NCBI GenBank assembly: GCA_964035545.1 | Contig: OZ037765.1 | Location: 10,302,698 to 10,366,697, forward strand | Length of the DNA: 64,000 nt | Direction of reading: 5' to 3' | DNA from: Bugula neritina | Lineage: Eukaryota > Animalia > Bryozoa | Part shown: positions 58,159 to 64,000 of the stretch, in pieces | Position numbering within the stretch: the stretch's first letter is position 1 | Layout of the letters: each line of letters starts with the position of its first letter | Program-made: the position numbers and the translations under genes | Notes under the pieces: model-generated | Database searches by the model: none | What the model was told of the DNA's origin: nothing | The model's input: only the letters and a program-made list of their open reading frames with translations

Positions 58159-61100
58159 TTATAAGTCTAACAGCACTCTTGGCTTATGTATCCTATTTGA
58201 ACGCCTTGGCTCTGGAGGTGTGGTGACAGGTGCTGAAAGTGTACTCACAGTTGCAGGAGTTTGAAGACTATCAGGACGAGGCTCCATGTGCTCAGAGGTT
58301 GGACCTGTTTGAGGTGCAGAGACTGGCGGCAAATAGCTTAATGAAGGAGGTGTGTTCCTAGAAATTAAATCACATGGCACACCGGTAAATGGCTGAACAC
58401 TGATATCTAAAGGAGTGGTTTCATTTTGGTCATTAGCTATTTTTGCTTCCCGGTGCTTGAGTTGGTCTACATAGCGTTTCCATTTCTTTTCTCCTACCTG
58501 TACGAAATAACACAACGGGCCAACCTGGTCAATTATTACCCCTTTTTTCCATTTAACAGTTCCAAAGTAACACCTCACCCAAACATCTGAGCCTATGTCA
58601 AATTTACGATGTATAGCTATAGGACCTGCATCATGTAGTTTTGATGTTATGTCAGGCTTTAAGCAATCAAGCCTTGTTCTCAATGTTCGACCAAGCAATA
58701 AAGTTGCAGGGCTCTCACCAGTAGTTGCATAGTGAGGAGCATTATGATAAGCCAACAAATACACAACCGATACTGTAAATCTAAACCTTGAGAGGCCCTT
58801 AGAGCACTTTTGACTGTTTGTACAAACCGCTCTGCTAAACCATTAGTAGCTGGATGATAGGGTGCACTTTTTTTATACTTGATGCTCAAATGTGCCAAAA
58901 AGGCTTCAAACTCTTCGCTACAAAATTGTGGTCCGTTGTCACTGACCAGCTCCATAGGCACACCCCATCTAGCAAAGATTGGCCTAAGCATGTTTATAGT
59001 ACTTTGGGAGGTGGTAGATTTTGTAACACACACTTCAGGCCACTTAGAATATGAATCCACCACTACTAGTAACATATGACCTTCTACAGGACCAGCATAG
59101 TCAATATGAATGCGCTGATATGGTCGAGTTGTGGGTAGCCATGGGTGTGTATTAACTGCTTTAGGGTCATTACTCATAGACATGCATGAATCGCAAGACC
59201 TGCTAGTTGCTTCAATATCCTTGTCTAAGCCTGGCCACCACATAAATGACCTTGCTACAGATTTCATTTTACATATACCTAAATGCTCAACATGCAATTC
59301 CTTTAACAGAGGGTTTTGAAGAGAACGTGGGATAACTACTTGATTTCCCCACATAACTACTCCTGAAATGATAGATAGCTCATTTCTCCTAGCAAAGAAA
59401 GGGTTCAGATCCCAGTCGGCCTCACACAATTTTTGAGGCCAGCCCTCTCTCACTAGTCTGAATACCTTACACAGTGTTGGGTCTTTAGCAGTGAGCTTAG
59501 CAACCTGTAAGGAAGTGATAGGAAGTCCAAGATTGTCAACTTTAAAAGTAAAGGCATGGGGCTCTTCATTCAATTCATTAGCAGCTACTGAATCAGGATA
59601 CCGGGAAAGAAAATCTGCCCTATTATCTTTGCTTCTGCGCCACTCAACGGTGTAATCATATCTTGAAAGCTTTAAAGCCCACCTTTGAATACGCTCTGCT
59701 GTCATAACCGGAAGCCCCCTCTCTGGGGCAAATATTCTACTTAGAGCCTGATTGTCCGTCACTAGAGTAAACTTTCGCCTATATAAGAAATGCCTGAATT
59801 TTTCTAACCCAAAAACAACAGCCAAACCTTCTCGCTCATTTTGTGGATACAAAACCTGCGCAGATGTTAATTTTTGAAATCCAAATTGTATGGGGCGTTT
59901 TACATCATCAATAACGTGTGAAAGAACTGCTGCTATGCCTACTCTTGAGGCATCACACGTTAGTTTCACAGGCAAGTTTCGGTTAAAGTGAACTAGCAGC
60001 TTACTTTCTCTCAATAAGGTTTTAGATTTTTCAAAAGCATTCTGGGCCGTCTTATCCCAAACAAATTTAGCATTGGCCTTAAGCAAAGCATTCAAAGGGG
60101 CAACAGTCGCAGCAAGGTTGGGCAAGTAACGCCTGTAAAAACTCAGTAGGCCCACATAAGATCTCACTTTTGATTTATCCTTAGGTGCCTCAGTTTCAAG
60201 GATGCTATCTAACTTGGCAGGAATTGGTCTAATGCCCTCACCATTAATTATGTGACCAAGATATTTCACTTCTGGCTTCAGAAAAGAACATTTTGAGTGC
60301 TTTAATTTTAAACCATGTTCTTTTATACGTTTGAAAACCAACTCTAGCCTATGGTTATGTTCCTCTACTTCCCTGCAACCAATATGTCATCATAATATAT
60401 ATGAACACCTTCTATACCATTAAGCACATGTTCTATGGCATTTTGCCACAAGGAAGGAGCAGTCTTGATACCATACGGCAGTCTGTTATACTGATACAAG
60501 CCTCTATGGGTGACCAGTGTTAGCAACTCTTTGGATGACTCATGTATGACCATCTGATTATATGCTTGGGCAAAATCTAGGTTTGAGAAATATTTGTTTC
60601 CTGCTAAATCACACAGAATTTTTTCCATGTTTATTTGAGGTGGTGCTACTTCCTTAAGAAGAGGGTTGACTGTCGACTTAAAATCACCGCAAGGTCTGAC
60701 TGAGCCATCAGGTTTGGGGATAAAGAGTAAGCTAGTGGACCAGCTACTGTGTTCAACAGGTGTCAAAATTCCTTCATTAATTAGCCTATCAAGCTCCTTA
60801 TCTACTACAGACTGAAGTGCAATAGGCACTCTGTAAGGTTTAGAGCATTTGAGGGTAGCGCCATCAACCAACTCAAGCTTAACTGGTGAACCTTTTAGCA
60901 AACCTTGACCTTTAAAAATATCAGAGTACGCAGCCAGCAATCGTTCTATGCCATTTACCGATGAACTAAAGTCACAGCATTATCCCATGTCAGAGTTGTG
61001 CCTTCTCTTATCAATGCTTGTCTGATTGTGTCAGACCTGACACCAATCACAAGCCTGTTCCATAGCTTTTGTTTTAACTGCTCAGTGGGTCCGAAGTTGC

Positions 61101-61424
61101 AGTGTGTAGACAGTGCTTTGAGAGCCAGAATCAAGTCAGAAACTGACTCAGTAGGTGATTGCGTTCTGGTATCAAATACATACGCTTCTGCTACCTCATT
61201 CTTAGCTCCAAAATGATGGTCAAACAGCTCCAGCAAGCCAGTATAATTCATTTCGTTGATTGATGTAGGGGCTGATAAGCTTACTAATAGGCTCACACCT
61301 TCACTCCCAAGCATAGCAATAAAAGCTGCTTTTCGCTTTTCATTTTTATTAATATCATTCACTATTAGCCATGTCGTAAATCTTCTGTGTCCTGCTTGAA
61401 TTCACTTATGTTGCCCACGGGCAT
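58159..61424 (-). pseudogene. Disrupted gag-pol of the Gypsy element
   Basis: ATG at 61424 (MPVGNISEF) then a frameshift. Gag 61362-60955 is joined almost directly to RT 60940-60365, with no zinc knuckle or protease. In-frame TAG at 60365-60367. RT/RH/IN 60341-58680, integrase frameshift ~58760, C-terminus PRRSNRIHKP. Confidence 0.9.
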
Positions 61425-61485
61425 AGTTAGAGAAAAATATTGAGTTCAAAATAATAAAAATAAAGACCATCAATCGTCGCCAGCT

Positions 61486-61604
61486 TGTTATATTCACTGA
61501 GGTATATTTCCAATTGACTAAAACCACGCTGGTATGCGCAGCGTTACAACTAACAAAAACCGGATATACAATATTGAATAAATGGGCGGAGCCAAAATAT
61601 AACA
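61486..61604 (-). repeat. 5' LTR (119 bp)
   Basis: Followed on the minus strand by PBS TGGCGACGATTGATGG, complementary to the 3' end of tRNA-Ser(GCU)-like primers. Confidence 0.95.
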
Positions 61605-62739
61605 GTAAGCCTTCTCGAATGCAGTCATGGCAGCTTGAAAATGTTCTTCAGAATCCGCCACTAGAGCATTGTCATCAGCATACTGCAACTCAAGGACTGA
61701 TGTCTCTGATGTTAGTGTCTTGGTGCGCAGTCTTTGCAGGTTAAACAGGTCCCCGATACGATAGTTTAGTCCGATGCCTGTAGGAAGCTCTTGTTTCACA
61801 AGGTACATCACAGCAAACAAGTAGATGGAGAACAGCATGGGAGCTATAACACAGCCCTGTTTTACACCAGTTTGCACCCTGAAAGATTCTGATTTTTGGC
61901 CATCGACTAGGATAGATGCTTACATCTGATCATGAAGGAGACGGACCATTGTCACAAACTTCAGGGGACATCCAATCTTTCTAAGTATGGTCCAGAGGGA
62001 TGTTCTGTCCACAGTATCAAAAGCTTTTGTCAGATCAATGAAGGCCATGTACAGGTTCTGGTGCTGTTTTCTACACTTCTCCTAAAATCTGCCTTGCAGC
62101 AAAGATCATTTCCACTGTGCCTCTACCTGGTCGGAAGCCGCACTGAGACTCGGGAAGAATGTTTTCTGTTATGTATGAAAGTCTTGTACATAGAACCCTA
62201 GCTAAGATCTTACCAGCTATCGATAGGAGAAATATGCCTCTGTAGTTACCACAGAGTGTCTTATCACCTTTTTTGAAAATAGTCACCATCAGTGCGTCAC
62301 GTAGATTGTCTGGTATACTCTCAGTTGTTCAGATACGCAAGAGAAGCTTGTGCAGTCTCCTGCTGAGTTCAGAGCCTCCATGTTTGAAAACCTCGGCAGG
62401 TATTCCATCAGCACCAGCAGCTTTCTCACATTTCATCGCTTTTATTGCAGATTTCAATTTTAGAAAAATGACTCTTTTGACATCTGGTCATGGTACTGCA
62501 GCTGAAAGAGCTTCTGCAGAGTTGTATTGTCAACCGTAGAGGTCTGGTTCAGGAGGCACGAAAAATGTTCTTTCCAACATTGCTTGATATCATCCTTATC
62601 CTTGTAAAGTACACCATCCTTGTCCTTGACTGGAGCTAATCCTAGATATGTTGGTTCATACAGCTTCCTGGTTTCTGCAAAAAAACTCTCTGGTCTGGTT
62701 TTGATCTGTTAAGTTCTGCAATTCCATTGCTTTTTCGGT

Positions 62740-63912
62740 TCACCAGTCATTCTGCATCTTCCGGATACGCCTCTGCACATTTGCTCTCACTGCATGGTAT
62801 GCCTGCTTCTTATCTTTATTCCTGAAGTCATCTTGCCATGCTGAAAATTGTACTTGCTTCTGAGCCAGGAGTTGTTCAATTACATGATCATTTTCATCGA
62901 ACCAGTCCTGGTGGAGTCTCTTTGAGTTACTTAGCACAGCTTTACAAGTCTCGGTGATACAGCTCTTCAGACAGCTCCAATTAATGTCAACATTTGGGTC
63001 CTTGGGGAGGTCTTTCAGTTTTTCGGTAATCTTGGTCTCAGGGTTTTGTCTCACTGCCGGTTGTTGCAGGAGTCTGACATTGAACTGTGGTCGTGGTGTG
63101 TGTTTCACTCGGCGGTATGTGGGCTGAATTGAGAAGCTCAACAAAGCTTTTACAAGTCTGTGGTCTGTCCAGCAGCTGTCTGATGAATCGATAGCCTTCG
63201 TAATCTTCGCATCAGCCAAGTCTCTGCATCTAGTGATTATGTAGTCTATTAGGTGCCAGTGACCAGAACGTGGGTGTCTCCAGGAAGTTTTACGCCTATT
63301 CTTCTGTCTGAACATGGTGTTTGTGATTACAAGTCCAAGTTCTGCACATTTGCTGAGAAGCATCAGACCATTTGCATTCACATTACAAATACCGTCCTTG
63401 CAGATAACCCCTTTCCAAGTCTCACTGTCAGTACCAACTCTTGTGTTGAAGTCTCCCAGTAGAACAACCTTGTCAGCAATCGGGATCTGTGACACTGCGT
63501 GATCAAAAGCTGAGTAGAATAGCTCCTTGTCAGCCTGTTCAGCCAAAAGCGTTGGGGCATATGCGCTGACCAGGGTAGCTTTCCTGTTATTTCCCATGTT
63601 TATCTGCAGAGTCACCAGTCGATCAGAGATTCCAACAGGAAAATGATCCATGTGCTTTACTAGTTCATTCTTGACAGCAAAACCAACTTCATATAGCCTG
63701 TGGTCATCTGCCTCCTTTCCTTTCCAATAAGATGTATAGCCGTCACCCACCTCAGCCAACTGACCCTCATCTGCGAGTCTAGTCTCTTGAAGTGCAGCGA
63801 TATCAATGTTCAGTCTTCTGAGTTCACGCGCCACAAATGCAGTACGCCTCTCAGGTCTGTCACTGCTTTTATTGTCCATAAGTGTTCGAACGTTCCATGT
63901 TGCCAATGTCAT
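62740..63912 (-). pseudogene. RTE LINE apurinic endonuclease domain (ORF2 N-terminal fragment, premature stop)
   Basis: L1-EN/APE motifs WNV, LQE, GDFN, IDY, (S/T)DH; reading frame broken at 62740 and downstream. Confidence 0.9.
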
Positions 63913-64000
63913 ATGCTGTTTTCTACCGCATGAAGGTGAACCATCTGGATGCGGTATTCAAGCCAGGTTGAGGTTGAACAGACTATGTCTGGGACACATT

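Larger units (their letters stand above)
57920..61604 (-). mobile_element. Ty3/Gypsy (Mag-like) LTR retrotransposon, internally deleted, nested in the LINE
   Basis: LTRs 57920-58037 and 61486-61604 (TG...CA, 9-bp terminal IR, identical except a 1-nt indel); 5-bp TSD GTAAG (57915-57919, 61605-61609); PBS TGGCGACGA; PPT AAAGGGAGAA; gag, RT (YYDD), RNase H (TCDAS) and integrase (HHCC, DDE). Confidence 0.97.

Overview
AT-rich, intron-rich invertebrate (metazoan) genomic DNA; the species cannot be determined from sequence alone. Three multi-exon genes were rebuilt by hand from GT-AG splice sites and reading-frame continuity. They are FoxN1/4 (+, 3455-~11837), a STAC-like adaptor (-, 34248-14297; F-BAR-like N-terminus, DPVY motif and STAC-type tandem SH3, but no recognisable C1 domain) and vinculin (-, 54900-37181). 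The last ~7.4 kb is a degenerate RTE-clade LINE. It carries a Mag-like Gypsy LTR element (118/119-bp LTRs, 5-bp TSD) inserted in its RT, and a ~410-bp GA microsatellite inside its C-terminal zinc finger. Introns and spacers hold several MITEs with TIRs/TSDs, tRNA-derived SINEs and minisatellites. The most unusual item is a complete minimal type I hammerhead ribozyme (14921-14965, + strand) in a highly structured ~380-bp unit bounded by 19-bp inverted repeats and containing (TA)n, i.e. a retrozyme/Penelope-like unit between two convergent genes.
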